This document shows, one piece after another, positions 46,414 to 56,290 of a stretch of DNA of 64,000 nt. Numbering within the stretch: position 1 is the first letter of the stretch; every line of letters starts with the position of its first letter. Both the position numbers and the translations under genes were made by a program. Where the stretch lies: positions 12,327-76,326 of the forward strand of contig CAYVCQ010000015.1 in the NCBI GenBank assembly GCA_964450405.1, given 5' to 3'. The DNA comes from an uncultured Leptospirales bacterium (GTDB lineage Bacteria; Spirochaetota; UBA4802; UBA5550). The notes beneath the pieces are model-generated. The model searched no databases, was not told the DNA's origin, and was given only the letters and a program-made list of their open reading frames with translations.

Positions 46414-47064
46414 ATGAAAATAAATGTCGGCCTGATAACAAGAAATAGTGAAATTGTAGAAGATCTGAAAACCAATATTCCAGAAATTGAGTTATCAATT
46501 TTCAAAAATATAGAGTCTCTCTCTAAAGAGTCCTGCTCATTATTTATTATAGACTACGAGGAGATGGGATCATCAGATTCAACTCAGTTTTATCTTTCGC
46601 GCTTAAGAAAAAAAATACTGGATATTCCTGTTCTACTTGTACTCAGGGTCAATGCATTGCCGGAACTGGATGCCACATGGTTTTTTAACGATTTCATTCT
46701 CTTTCCGTTCAGAAAGGGAGAGGTGAATGCCAGATTAAGCCGCATACTTACAGGTGTTCCCGAAGATAACGAAGAAATCTCAATCGGCAATCTCATAATA
46801 AATACAAAAGAGTATGCTGTTTATCTGAATCAGGAAAAGCTTGATCTCACATACAAGGAGTTTGAACTTCTGAGATTATTTCTTGAAAACAGGGGAGTGG
46901 TATTTTCAAGAAAGGATGTTCTCGGCAGAATCTGGGGGATGGAGTATATCGGAGGCACAAGAACCGTTGATGTCCATATCAGAAGGCTGAGGAGCAAAAT
47001 CGGGGATGACTTCAACTCAATTATTGAAACAGTAAGGAATGTGGGATATAAGTGTAAAGAGTAG
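46414..47064 (+). CDS. OmpR/PhoB-type winged-helix regulator with degenerate (atypical) receiver domain
   Basis: C-terminal Trans_reg_C (YKEFELLRLFLENRG..TVDVHIRRLRSKIG..VRNVGYK). The receiver lacks the N-terminal acidic pair (ITRNSE), the Thr/Ser (LVLRV) and the Lys (ILFPF). Confidence 0.75.
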   Translation: MKINVGLITRNSEIVEDLKTNIPEIELSIFKNIESLSKESCSLFIIDYEEMGSSDSTQFYLSRLRKKILDIPVLLVLRVNALPELDATWFFNDFILFPFRKGEVNARLSRILTGVPEDNEEISIGNLIINTKEYAVYLNQEKLDLTYKEFELLRLFLENRGVVFSRKDVLGRIWGMEYIGGTRTVDVHIRRLRSKIGDDFNSIIETVRNVGYKCKE

Positions 47065-47085
47065 ATTTATGTTTATTTCAATGCT

Positions 47086-47222
47086 GTCATTCCTGTTTCG
47101 CATCTACAGTTTCTGCGAATGCCGGAATCTCGTACAATGAATTTTTGTGAATAATATTTTTTTTTAAATAAAATGTTTAGCATGAGATTCCGGCATTCCG
47201 CTATCGCTCCAGCAGGAATGAC
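47086..47222. repeat. Second copy of the palindromic cattccgg-type element, inverted relative to 37389-37527
   Basis: gtcattcctgtttcgcatctacagtttctgcgaatgccggaatctc ... gagattccggcattccgctatcgctccagcaggaatgac. The arms correspond to the opposite arms of the 37.4 kb copy. Confidence 0.6.
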
Positions 47223-47377
47223 AATCAATTTGTAGTATGATTTATCCCAGATAATAAATATTTTAGCATGTGTATGGTAAGAATATAAAAATATTTGTAT
47301 TTGACAAAGATTAAACATCCCTATTATGTCGTATCATAAACTTAAAAATAGTAAATTAAAATGGTAAATAAAAGATA

Positions 47378-48391
47378 ATGTCTACATATATAATCAGAAG
47401 ACTGCTCTTAATAATTCCTACTTTTTTAGGGATAACATTGATGGTCTTTGCCATAACCAGATTTGTTCCCGGCGGACCTATTGAAAAAATGGTGGCAGAA
47501 GCCCAGCAGTCGACCATCGGGAAAGGATACAATAGAATGAATGCCTCTCCTCTTTCGGCCTCACAGCTTGAGGAGCTGAAGAAATATTACGGTTTTGATA
47601 AACCTGTCATAGTGAGCTATTTCAACTGGCTGAAAAATGTCGTTGTTTTTGATCTGGGTAAATCCACAAGATATTACGAGCCGGTCTGGACGATAATTAA
47701 AAGCAAACTTCCCGTGTCGCTTTTCTATGGCTTAATGGCAATGATAATTACATATTCGGTCTGTATTCCTCTTGGTATATTAAAAGCTGTCAAACATAGA
47801 ACTGCTGTGGATAATACAACCTCCGTGCTGATATTTATAGGTTATGCAATTCCAAATTATGTTGTTGCAATAATTCTACTGATGGTCTTTTCATCATGGC
47901 TGGATGTATTTCCTCTTGGCGGATTTACAGGGGATAATTTTCATGAATTGTCAGCAATCGGAAAAGTTTTTGATGTTCTATATCATTCAGTTCTTCCGCT
48001 GATTGCTTATATGGCAGGGAGTTTCGCCGTCATGACTTTTATGATGAAAAATTCCCTTCTTGATCATATGGCATCTGATTATATCCGTACTGCAATTGCC
48101 AAAGGTCAGAGTTACCGCGGTGCAATTTTACACCATGCGTTCCGTAACAGTCTTATACCGATGGCTACACATTTTGGTAATAATATTTCTTTGATTCTTA
48201 CAGGCTCTTATCTGATCGAAAAAATTTTTAATATAGATGGAATGGGTCTGCTGGGGCTTGAGTCAATAACAGAGAGAGATTATCCCGTTGTAATGGGTAT
48301 TCTTGTTATATCATCTTTACTTTTTATGATAGGGAATATTCTTTCCGATATCTGTGTTGCACTTGTTGATCCCAGAGTTAAATTCGAATAG
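47378..48391 (+). CDS. Peptide ABC transporter permease (OppB/YejB-like)
   Basis: IIRRLLLIIPTFLGITLMVFAITRFVPGGP N-terminus and the conserved permease core. Confidence 0.9.
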   Translation: MSTYIIRRLLLIIPTFLGITLMVFAITRFVPGGPIEKMVAEAQQSTIGKGYNRMNASPLSASQLEELKKYYGFDKPVIVSYFNWLKNVVVFDLGKSTRYYEPVWTIIKSKLPVSLFYGLMAMIITYSVCIPLGILKAVKHRTAVDNTTSVLIFIGYAIPNYVVAIILLMVFSSWLDVFPLGGFTGDNFHELSAIGKVFDVLYHSVLPLIAYMAGSFAVMTFMMKNSLLDHMASDYIRTAIAKGQSYRGAILHHAFRNSLIPMATHFGNNISLILTGSYLIEKIFNIDGMGLLGLESITERDYPVVMGILVISSLLFMIGNILSDICVALVDPRVKFE

Positions 48392-48397
48392 GGTGTT

Positions 48398-49447
48398 ATG
48401 ATCAGATTTAATCCGCTTACAATTGAAAAGTTTAAAAGATTCAAACGGATCAGGAGAGGATATTATTCTTTCCTGCTGCTTGTGATATTAATTATTCTCT
48501 CCCTTGCGTCTGAACTCCTTGTGAACAGCAGGGCACTGGTGGTAAAATACAACGGCAGTTATTATTTCCCGACCTACGGTTCTATTATCCCGGGAACAAA
48601 ATTGGGATTAGATTATGAATATGAAACAAATTATAGAGAGTTGAAAAATAAATTTAAAAGCAGCTCCAGTGACAATTTTGTTATACTCCCATTAATACCA
48701 TTTAATCCTCTGGAAACGGAATTGAAAGAGGGTGAATATCCGCCGACTGCTCCATCATTTACAAGTATGCATTATCTCGGAACGGATAAGACAGGACGAG
48801 ATGTGGCTTCGCGGCTTATCTACGGCTTTAGAATTGCAATTTTATTTTCGTTAATACTCCTGTTTTTTAATTATCTCATTGGTATCTCCATAGGATGTAT
48901 GATGGGGTACATCGGCGGAAAGTTTGATCTTTTTTTTCAGAGGATAATTGAAATCTGGAATAATATTCCTTATCTCTATGCAATAATAATTATATCATCG
49001 CTGCTGATACCGAACTTTTTTTCACTTCTTGGAATTATGATTTTTTTCGGATGGATAGGGATTACATGGTATATGAGAACTGCAACATATAAAGAACGTG
49101 AAAGAGAATATGTGCTGGCAGCCAGAGCTCTCGGTGCAGGTACTTCAAGAATTATTATCAGACATATTTTACCTAATACAGTTTCAGTGATAATCACTTT
49201 TATCCCATTCTCTGTCGCAGGTGGTATTACATCTCTAACTGCTCTTGATTATCTCGGTTTCGGTATGCCTGCTCCAACTCCAAGTTGGGGTCAGCTCCTT
49301 GCTGAGGCATCCGAATATAATATAACCGCTCCATGGATCGGTATATCTGTAATAAGTGCCTTAATTATTGTTCTCACTATGGTAACTTTTATTGGAGAAG
49401 CTATACGTGAAACTTTTGATCCTAAACTCTATTCAACATACGAATAA
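48398..49447 (+). CDS. Peptide ABC transporter permease (OppC/YejE-like)
   Basis: HYLGTDKTGRDVASRLIYGFRIA and EREYVLAARALGAGTSRIIIRHILPN motifs. Confidence 0.9.
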   Translation: MIRFNPLTIEKFKRFKRIRRGYYSFLLLVILIILSLASELLVNSRALVVKYNGSYYFPTYGSIIPGTKLGLDYEYETNYRELKNKFKSSSSDNFVILPLIPFNPLETELKEGEYPPTAPSFTSMHYLGTDKTGRDVASRLIYGFRIAILFSLILLFFNYLIGISIGCMMGYIGGKFDLFFQRIIEIWNNIPYLYAIIIISSLLIPNFFSLLGIMIFFGWIGITWYMRTATYKEREREYVLAARALGAGTSRIIIRHILPNTVSVIITFIPFSVAGGITSLTALDYLGFGMPAPTPSWGQLLAEASEYNITAPWIGISVISALIIVLTMVTFIGEAIRETFDPKLYSTYE

Positions 49448-49463
49448 AACGGAGGCTCAACAA

Positions 49464-51323
49464 ATGCATCTGTCAAAACTAAAATATAATTTAATAATTA
49501 CACTGATCTCTGCTGCTCTGCTTATCTCCTGCGGGAAAGGGGGCGATTCCAGCAGTTCGGGGACATCAGACGAAAATCTGAACATCGACTACTCTGTGCA
49601 TCAGCTTGAAGAGGATCTTACCTGGCTCACTAACGATAATGAACCTCTCATTGCTTCACCTAATGCAAAGAAAGGGGGGACATTTAATCAGTTTATAATA
49701 TCATTCCCTCTTACATTTAGAACGGTAGGTCCTGATTCGAACAATTCTACCAGATCATTTTTTACAGATAATCAGATGTCTCTCATAAATTATCATGAAG
49801 ATACTGATAAAATTCTTCCTTCGCTGGCAACTCACTGGGCATATGGAAAAGACGGGAAAACAATGTATTTCAAGATAAACCCGGATGCAAAATGGTCCGA
49901 TGGAGTTCCGGTTACCGCCGATGATTTTATTTATACCATTGAATTTATGAGATCAAAATATATTCAGGCTCCATGGTACAATGATTACTATACCAAAGAT
50001 GTTGTAAAAGTAACAAAGTATGGAGATCATCTTATCTCAGTTACCGCATCAAAAAAGATTCCTGATTTATGGCTCACTGTAGGAATTAATCCTACTCCAA
50101 AACATTTTTATGGAAAACTCAATAGCGATTTTATCAGTGACTATAACTGGAAAACAGAACCCAATACCGGGCCATATATTCTTAAAGATTATTCAAATGG
50201 TAAATATCTTCTTTTTGAAAGAAAGAAAGACTGGTGGGCAAAAGATTTACGATATAACAAAAACCGTTTCAATGTCGATTATTTCAAATTAACAGTAATA
50301 AGAGATGTAGAGGTTGCCTATGAATATTTTAAAAAAGGTAAGCTTGATTTTTACAATGCCACTAGAGCTGCCATATGGTATGAAAAAGGGAACGGTGAAA
50401 TATTCGATAACGGGTATGTCAATAAAATATGGTTCTACAACCAGGCTAGAAGATCTCCATACGGATTATATTTAAATCTTGATAAAGATATATTTAAAGA
50501 TAAAAATCTGCGCTATGCTCTTGCGCATTCAATCAATTTTGATAAAATCAACAAGCAGATTCTGCGGAATGAGGCATCCCGTCTGCAGACATTTTTTGCA
50601 GGTTATGGAGAATATACAAACCCAAATGTTAAAGCCAGAGAGTTTAATATTGCAAAGGTTGAAACATTGATGAAGTCATCCGGCTGGAAAAGAGGTGATG
50701 ACGGTATATGGATTAAAGATGGCAGAAGGTTTTCAGTAACACTAACTTACGGGCAGGCTCTGCTTACTCCACGCGTTGTAGTTATGAAGGAAGAAGCGAA
50801 AAAGGCGGGGATAGAACTTAATCTCGAACTTCTTGATTCAGGCACACATTATAAGAAAGTTATGGAGAAAAAGCATGATATTGCTTATATGGGATGGGGA
50901 ACAGGCTTCAGGCCTCAACCATGGGAGCATTTTCATTCTGAAAATGCACACAAACCTCAAACTAACAATGTTAACAATCTTGATGATCCCGAAATGGATA
51001 AGCTGATTAATCAGTACAGAGAATCAATAGACAAAAAAGAACTTATTATGCTTTCATTTAAGATTCAGGAAAAGATTAGTGAATCAGGCGGATGGATACC
51101 TCTGGATATGCTTCCATTTATGAGAGCATTTTACTGGAGATGGATTCAGGTTCCGGAAGTTCCGGGATATAAAACATCAACGGAAATATTTGATGACCCG
51201 TCATCCGGCGGCTATTTCTGGATTGATGAGAATATTAAAAACGAAACGCTGGAGGCCATGAAATCGAACAAAACATTTCCGCCGGTAACAAAGATTATAA
51301 CTAAATACAAGCAGGGGAATTAG
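49464..51323 (+). CDS. Family 5 extracellular solute-binding lipoprotein (OppA/YejA-like)
   Basis: Start at the ATG with GGAGG 8 nt upstream. Lipobox ALLISC. Length and composition typical of SBP_bac_5. Confidence 0.85.
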   Translation: MHLSKLKYNLIITLISAALLISCGKGGDSSSSGTSDENLNIDYSVHQLEEDLTWLTNDNEPLIASPNAKKGGTFNQFIISFPLTFRTVGPDSNNSTRSFFTDNQMSLINYHEDTDKILPSLATHWAYGKDGKTMYFKINPDAKWSDGVPVTADDFIYTIEFMRSKYIQAPWYNDYYTKDVVKVTKYGDHLISVTASKKIPDLWLTVGINPTPKHFYGKLNSDFISDYNWKTEPNTGPYILKDYSNGKYLLFERKKDWWAKDLRYNKNRFNVDYFKLTVIRDVEVAYEYFKKGKLDFYNATRAAIWYEKGNGEIFDNGYVNKIWFYNQARRSPYGLYLNLDKDIFKDKNLRYALAHSINFDKINKQILRNEASRLQTFFAGYGEYTNPNVKAREFNIAKVETLMKSSGWKRGDDGIWIKDGRRFSVTLTYGQALLTPRVVVMKEEAKKAGIELNLELLDSGTHYKKVMEKKHDIAYMGWGTGFRPQPWEHFHSENAHKPQTNNVNNLDDPEMDKLINQYRESIDKKELIMLSFKIQEKISESGGWIPLDMLPFMRAFYWRWIQVPEVPGYKTSTEIFDDPSSGGYFWIDENIKNETLEAMKSNKTFPPVTKIITKYKQGN

Positions 51324-51329
51324 TGTTTA

Positions 51330-52316
51330 ATGAATTCCGGAGCCGATATAATTTTAAGTGTTAAAGATTTTTCAGCCGGTTTCCTGAAGGATGGGGAAGT
51401 GTATTCCGCCGTAGATGGAGTCAGTTTTGATTTGAGAAAAGGTGAGACCCTTGGAATTGTAGGTGAGTCGGGATGCGGTAAGAGCGTAACTGCTTTATCT
51501 ATCATGAGGCTTCTACCTGTACCTTCGGGAAAATATATCGGCGGTGAAATACTATTCAGAGATAAAAATCTTCTGTCTCTTAAGCCGGAGGATATGCGTG
51601 TAATCAGAGGAAATTCCATAGCAATGATTTTTCAGGAGCCTATGACCGCACTCAATCCTGTACAGAAAATCGGAAAACAGATCAGCGAAGTATTTGAACT
51701 TCACAGAAAAGATATAAAAAAAAGTGAAATGATTAGTGAAACCTTATCTCTTCTTGAAAAAGTCGGAATTTCAGATCCGCAGCAGAGGATGAACGAATAC
51801 CCTCATCAGCTTTCAGGCGGGATGAGGCAACGGGTAATGATAGCAATTGCTCTTGCGTGTAAACCCGATATTTTAATAGCCGATGAACCTACAACAGCAC
51901 TGGACGTCACAATCCAGGCCCAGATACTCGAACTCATAAAAGAACTTCAGCGTGAAAATGGAATGGCTGTAATTTTTATTACTCATGATCTGGGAGTTAT
52001 TGCAGAGCTTTGCGATAACGTTGTTGTGATGTATGCGGGGAGAGTTTCCGAGAAGGCTCCGGTTTCTAAAATCTTTCAAAATCCTAAACATCCATATACC
52101 GCCGGCCTTCTTGAATCGATCCCTAAATTTGAATATATACGTAAATCCAGATTAAAATCTATAGAAGGTATGGTTCCGTCAATTACAGATTATCAGGCTG
52201 ATTGCAGATTCAGGAACCGCTGTAAATTTGCCTTTGAGCCATGTTCAATAAAACATCCCGATGAATTTGAAATAGAAAAAGACCATCTGGTAAACTGTTA
52301 TAAGTATGGCGGATAA
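51330..52316 (+). CDS. Peptide ABC transporter ATP-binding protein (OppD/DppD-like)
   Basis: Walker A GESGCGKS, signature LSGGMRQRV, Walker [13 protein letters not shown]-terminal oligopeptide-type extension with Cys. Confidence 0.9.
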   Translation: MNSGADIILSVKDFSAGFLKDGEVYSAVDGVSFDLRKGETLGIVGESGCGKSVTALSIMRLLPVPSGKYIGGEILFRDKNLLSLKPEDMRVIRGNSIAMIFQEPMTALNPVQKIGKQISEVFELHRKDIKKSEMISETLSLLEKVGISDPQQRMNEYPHQLSGGMRQRVMIAIALACKPDILIADEPTTALDVTIQAQILELIKELQRENGMAVIFITHDLGVIAELCDNVVVMYAGRVSEKAPVSKIFQNPKHPYTAGLLESIPKFEYIRKSRLKSIEGMVPSITDYQADCRFRNRCKFAFEPCSIKHPDEFEIEKDHLVNCYKYGG

Positions 52317-53295
52317 AATGGAAACTATACTTAAAGTAGATAATTTAAAAAAATATTTCCCCATAAAGAAAGGGGTCTTTAAAACAACAACTGGTAGAGT
52401 TCATGCAGTTGATGGTGTGAGTATATCTGCCGTAAAAGGTGAGACTCTCGGTATTGTAGGTGAAACAGGCTGCGGGAAAACAACTCTCGGAAGAACTATA
52501 CTTCAGCTGTATAAGCCCACTGGTGGAGATGTATTTTTTGAAAACCGGTTGATTTCCGGTATGACACAGCGTGATCTTCTGCCATACAGAAGAAATCTGC
52601 AGATGATCTTTCAGGATCCCTTTGAATCTTTGAATTCACGCCACACGGTGGGCTACATCCTGGAGGAACCTTTTGTTATACACAAACTGGGGAATAAACA
52701 GCAGAGAATAGCAAGTGTTAAGAAACTGCTTGAGAAAGTCGGTCTGCAGAATAATTCACTGGATAAATTTCCCCATGAATTCTCGGGTGGGCAGAGGCAG
52801 AGAATAGGAATTGCCCGTTCAATTGCTCTTAATCCGAAATTGATTGTATGCGATGAACCGGTGTCGGCGCTGGATGTTTCAATTCAGTCGCAGATATTAA
52901 ATCTCCTTATGGATCTTCAGAACGATCTGGATTTGACATATGTTTTTATATCCCACGATCTCACAGTTGTCCGCCATATCTCCGATCGTGTTGCAGTTAT
53001 GTATCTTGGAAGGATTGTTGAAATTGCCGGAGCTGACGAAATTTACTCAGCTCCACGACACCCCTATACAAAGGCGCTTATTTCTGCCATACCGGGGCAG
53101 TTGTCAATGAATTCAGGTGAAAGAATAATATTAAAGGGGAATGTACCCTCACCGGTAAACCCTCCATCCGGTTGTTATTTTCATCCGCGGTGTCCCGTTG
53201 CTCAGGAAATATGCCGTGAAAAATATCCGGAGTTGAAAAATTATAGTTTAAATGATTCAGAACATATGGCATCATGCCATTTTGCGGGAAAATAG
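52306..53295 (+). CDS. Peptide ABC transporter ATP-binding protein (OppF/DppF-like)
   Basis: Walker A GETGCGKTT, signature FSGGQRQRIGIARS, Walker B IVCDEPVSALD. Confidence 0.9.
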   Translation: MADKMETILKVDNLKKYFPIKKGVFKTTTGRVHAVDGVSISAVKGETLGIVGETGCGKTTLGRTILQLYKPTGGDVFFENRLISGMTQRDLLPYRRNLQMIFQDPFESLNSRHTVGYILEEPFVIHKLGNKQQRIASVKKLLEKVGLQNNSLDKFPHEFSGGQRQRIGIARSIALNPKLIVCDEPVSALDVSIQSQILNLLMDLQNDLDLTYVFISHDLTVVRHISDRVAVMYLGRIVEIAGADEIYSAPRHPYTKALISAIPGQLSMNSGERIILKGNVPSPVNPPSGCYFHPRCPVAQEICREKYPELKNYSLNDSEHMASCHFAGK

Positions 53296-53296
53296 T

Positions 53297-54196
53297 ATGA
53301 AAAGAATAGTTATATTAACATTAATATCTGCTTTTGCAATTTTACTTACTTCGTGTTCTCTTTTTCAAAGCGAAGTTGACAGTGTTGTTGATCTTCTCCC
53401 AAGAGATTCAGATGTTCCTGGATGGACAAGAATTGATTCTGTGCAATATTATAAAGGGAAAGCTGTAAAAAAATACAATCGTGAATATAGCGGACTGGGA
53501 ATTGAAAAATTTGCCGCTGCTGCTTATCAATCAATAGACGATCCGGGAGTTCAGATCAAACTTGAAGTGATAAAGTTCAATTCAGTTCTGGATGCATACG
53601 GATTTTTTTCCACCAGAAGGGGGCCCGGTATTTTCGAAACCGGCGAGATGAATGAATTTTACAGTAATGCCATTTCCGTAATACAGGTGGGGGAATATGC
53701 AATTTATTCAACAACTGAAAAAAGTGAATTATTGCTGAAAAAGGAGCTTAAAGCCTTTGTAAATACTCCGCTTCTATATATAGGTCAGAACTACATGCAT
53801 GATAAGCTGCCTTACAGTTTAACAGTATTAAAGGGAGGGGACGGATATGGTGTTTTGTACAGCCGTAAACCATATCAGGCACAGTTTTTAAAGAATATTA
53901 ATTTTACACAATGGACCTGGAATAAAGATTTAATTGAAGTTTTTTTTACCGAGAATGAATCTTTTTATGATGCATATGAGATATTTAAAAAGATTATTTC
54001 CAGCAACTACATTATGATTTCTTCAGATAATACATATACAGCATTCAAAAAAGAACAGGATGATAAGTACAGTTTTATATCAGTTACAGATAAGTGGATA
54101 TTCGGCTGCTGGTCTGTCAGTGATTTGAATGAAGGAAAAAAAGTACTGAATGAAATACGTTCCAGAATTGAAGATTACAAAAGAAAAGGGAATTGA
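53297..54196 (+). CDS. Hypothetical lipoprotein, last gene of the peptide-transporter operon
   Basis: ATG 1 nt after the upstream stop. Lipobox LLTSC. No recognisable domain. Confidence 0.6.
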   Translation: MKRIVILTLISAFAILLTSCSLFQSEVDSVVDLLPRDSDVPGWTRIDSVQYYKGKAVKKYNREYSGLGIEKFAAAAYQSIDDPGVQIKLEVIKFNSVLDAYGFFSTRRGPGIFETGEMNEFYSNAISVIQVGEYAIYSTTEKSELLLKKELKAFVNTPLLYIGQNYMHDKLPYSLTVLKGGDGYGVLYSRKPYQAQFLKNINFTQWTWNKDLIEVFFTENESFYDAYEIFKKIISSNYIMISSDNTYTAFKKEQDDKYSFISVTDKWIFGCWSVSDLNEGKKVLNEIRSRIEDYKRKGN

Positions 54197-54295
54197 TAAC
54201 TCCCGATTATTCTCTTCGTGAAGAGTGTGTCACCGGGCGATGTCAGGGATACAATTTTATTTCTTTATAGGAGTTTAAAAAACTCATTCTTTCTG

Positions 54296-54358
54296 GGGTC
54301 TAAGGGGCTTTGCTCCTTTACAAGCCCCGCAGGGCTCCTGGTGTTTTAAAACGGATTT
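54296..54358. repeat. Multi-hairpin intergenic repeat, copy 2 (see 23823-23893)
   Basis: gggtctaaggggctttgctcctttacaagccccgcagggctcctggtgttttaaaacggattt. Confidence 0.5.
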
Positions 54359-54398
54359 ATTGGAAACGTGCTTTTATAAATACAGGATTTATGAAGAA

Positions 54399-55064
54399 AT
54401 GAAAAAAAGATATTATATAATAGGGGATATACACGGTCATCTCTCTAAGCTGAAAAAAATAATTTCATCTGTGCGGGATGATATAAAACCAGAGGATGCA
54501 TTTATTTTCTTAGGAGATTATATTGATAGAGGACCTTCTTCTTTTGAAGTTATAGAGTATCTGATAGAATTATCATCTGAATATAATACTATTTTTTTAA
54601 CAGGCAACCACGAAGATATGTTTATAAAGTTTGCAGCTGATGGCGAAAATTATAGTAACTATATAAGAAATGGCGGCGGCTTCACCATTAAAAGTTATAA
54701 AAAGCATTTAAATGAATTTGTAATACCGGAAAATCATAGATTGTTTTTCAGCAGCTTGAAATTATATTACGAAGGGGAGGATTTTATTGCTGTACATGCC
54801 GGGCTCAATCCGGGTATAATTCATCTTGATGAACAGAGAAAAAATGACTTAATCTGGATTCGTGAAGATTTTTATAGGTATCCTAAAAAATGGGGAAAAA
54901 CTATTATCTTCGGTCATACTCCGACTCCATATATTCATAATTCTGATGCTGTTTATATTGATGAGAACAGAAATATCATCGGTCTCGATACAAATGCCAT
55001 GTCTGATGGATATCCTCTTTCATGTATGAGATGGCCCGACAGGAAGATTTATCAGTCCTATTGA
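54399..55064 (+). CDS. PPP-family metallophosphoesterase (Ser/Thr phosphatase / ApaH-like)
   Basis: IIGDIHGH, GDYIDRGP, GNHE and GHTP motifs. Start moved to the ATG at 54399. Confidence 0.85.
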   Translation: MKKRYYIIGDIHGHLSKLKKIISSVRDDIKPEDAFIFLGDYIDRGPSSFEVIEYLIELSSEYNTIFLTGNHEDMFIKFAADGENYSNYIRNGGGFTIKSYKKHLNEFVIPENHRLFFSSLKLYYEGEDFIAVHAGLNPGIIHLDEQRKNDLIWIREDFYRYPKKWGKTIIFGHTPTPYIHNSDAVYIDENRNIIGLDTNAMSDGYPLSCMRWPDRKIYQSY

Positions 55065-55081
55065 GTTTAATGAGAGGTTTA

Positions 55082-56269
55082 ATGATTTCAAAACTGAATA
55101 TTTTTATGTTGTTCTTTATGGTTTCTGCCTCGTCGTTATATGCGGAGTATACAAAAACCGGAGAGATTGAAACATTACGTGAAGACGGATATATAACTGT
55201 TATATTTAATAAGGTTCCCGATAGAGATCATTATTTTATTCTATCCGAGGAAAAAGCTATCGGTAAGATTTCATTTCTAAAGCAGATTCCTGATGTCTAT
55301 GGGAAAAAAAGGTATCTCTGCAGATATTTCCTTTTAAATCCGGGATATAAGCAGATTTTAAGAGCAGGATTAGAGATCGCTATTCCTGATTCTGATAAAG
55401 AAATTGACAAAAGACTGCAGAATAATCCATATATAGAATCGGTAGTTTATAAATCTCAAATAATATCAATTATTGATAACAGGGAAATGATTCTTATACC
55501 GGCAGGGAAATTTCTCATGGGCTGTTCTCTTGGCGATGAGGATGAGTTTCCTGAACATGTTGAGTTTATTGGAGATTTCTATATTGATAAGTTTGAAACA
55601 TCAAATAGTGATTATAAAAAATATGCTGATATAAAGGGACTTGGTTATCCTGAATATTGGATGGATAAACTGGACAGCACCGGAAGATTTATCAGCCCTT
55701 ATTTCGGATCTCTCCCTGTTATTGTAACATACTACGAAGCGGCAGATTATGCTAAATGGGCGGGAAAAAGACTCCCTTCGGAAAATGAATGGGAAAAAGC
55801 TTCCAGACCTCCGCTTTCTATGGATACGGCAGGTAAAGGAGCATCATATATTCGTGGCGGGGTTTTCATCGAGGGTATTTCGAATACTGAAGAGTTATGG
55901 TTATCCGAAAAAACCGGTGAAAATTTGAAAAAAAAGATAATTGAAAAATATGGACCGGCAATACCTGAAAAGGGATATATACCGGTTGACATATATGAAA
56001 ATGATTCTCTTTCATATTATGGTGTAGCACAACTCGATGGAAATGCACTTGAATGGACTGACAGCTGGTATCAGCCGTATGCCGGAAATACTAAGAGTAA
56101 TAAAAAGTATGGTACCCAGTATAAGGTGATAAGAGGAGGAGCATATTTCTTATCTGCAGTTGATTCAAGGGTAACCGACAGAAAAACAGGCGGAATGCCG
56201 GATTTATATAAAGATAGAATGGCCGGTTTCAGATGTGTTAAGAATATTGCTGAAGGCGACAAAAAATAA
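55082..56269 (+). CDS. Secreted formylglycine-generating-enzyme (SUMF1/FGE-sulfatase) domain protein
   Basis: Start at the ATG preceded by GAGAGG, followed by a signal peptide. WAGKRLPSENEWEKA, RGGAYF and GFRCV motifs. Confidence 0.8.
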   Translation: MISKLNIFMLFFMVSASSLYAEYTKTGEIETLREDGYITVIFNKVPDRDHYFILSEEKAIGKISFLKQIPDVYGKKRYLCRYFLLNPGYKQILRAGLEIAIPDSDKEIDKRLQNNPYIESVVYKSQIISIIDNREMILIPAGKFLMGCSLGDEDEFPEHVEFIGDFYIDKFETSNSDYKKYADIKGLGYPEYWMDKLDSTGRFISPYFGSLPVIVTYYEAADYAKWAGKRLPSENEWEKASRPPLSMDTAGKGASYIRGGVFIEGISNTEELWLSEKTGENLKKKIIEKYGPAIPEKGYIPVDIYENDSLSYYGVAQLDGNALEWTDSWYQPYAGNTKSNKKYGTQYKVIRGGAYFLSAVDSRVTDRKTGGMPDLYKDRMAGFRCVKNIAEGDKK

Positions 56270-56290
56270 AGGTAATTTCAGGGTGTCAGG

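Noticed and set aside
47073-47318. An 81-aa minus-strand ORF (…VIPAGAIAECRNLML…).
   Set aside because: It is a translation artefact of the palindromic cattccgg element. The element occurs elsewhere in the opposite orientation without an ORF.
49392-49463. An upstream ATG extending the solute-binding protein ORF by 24 codons, overlapping the permease gene.
   Set aside because: The internal ATG at 49464 has a GGAGG RBS and starts a canonical lipoprotein signal peptide.
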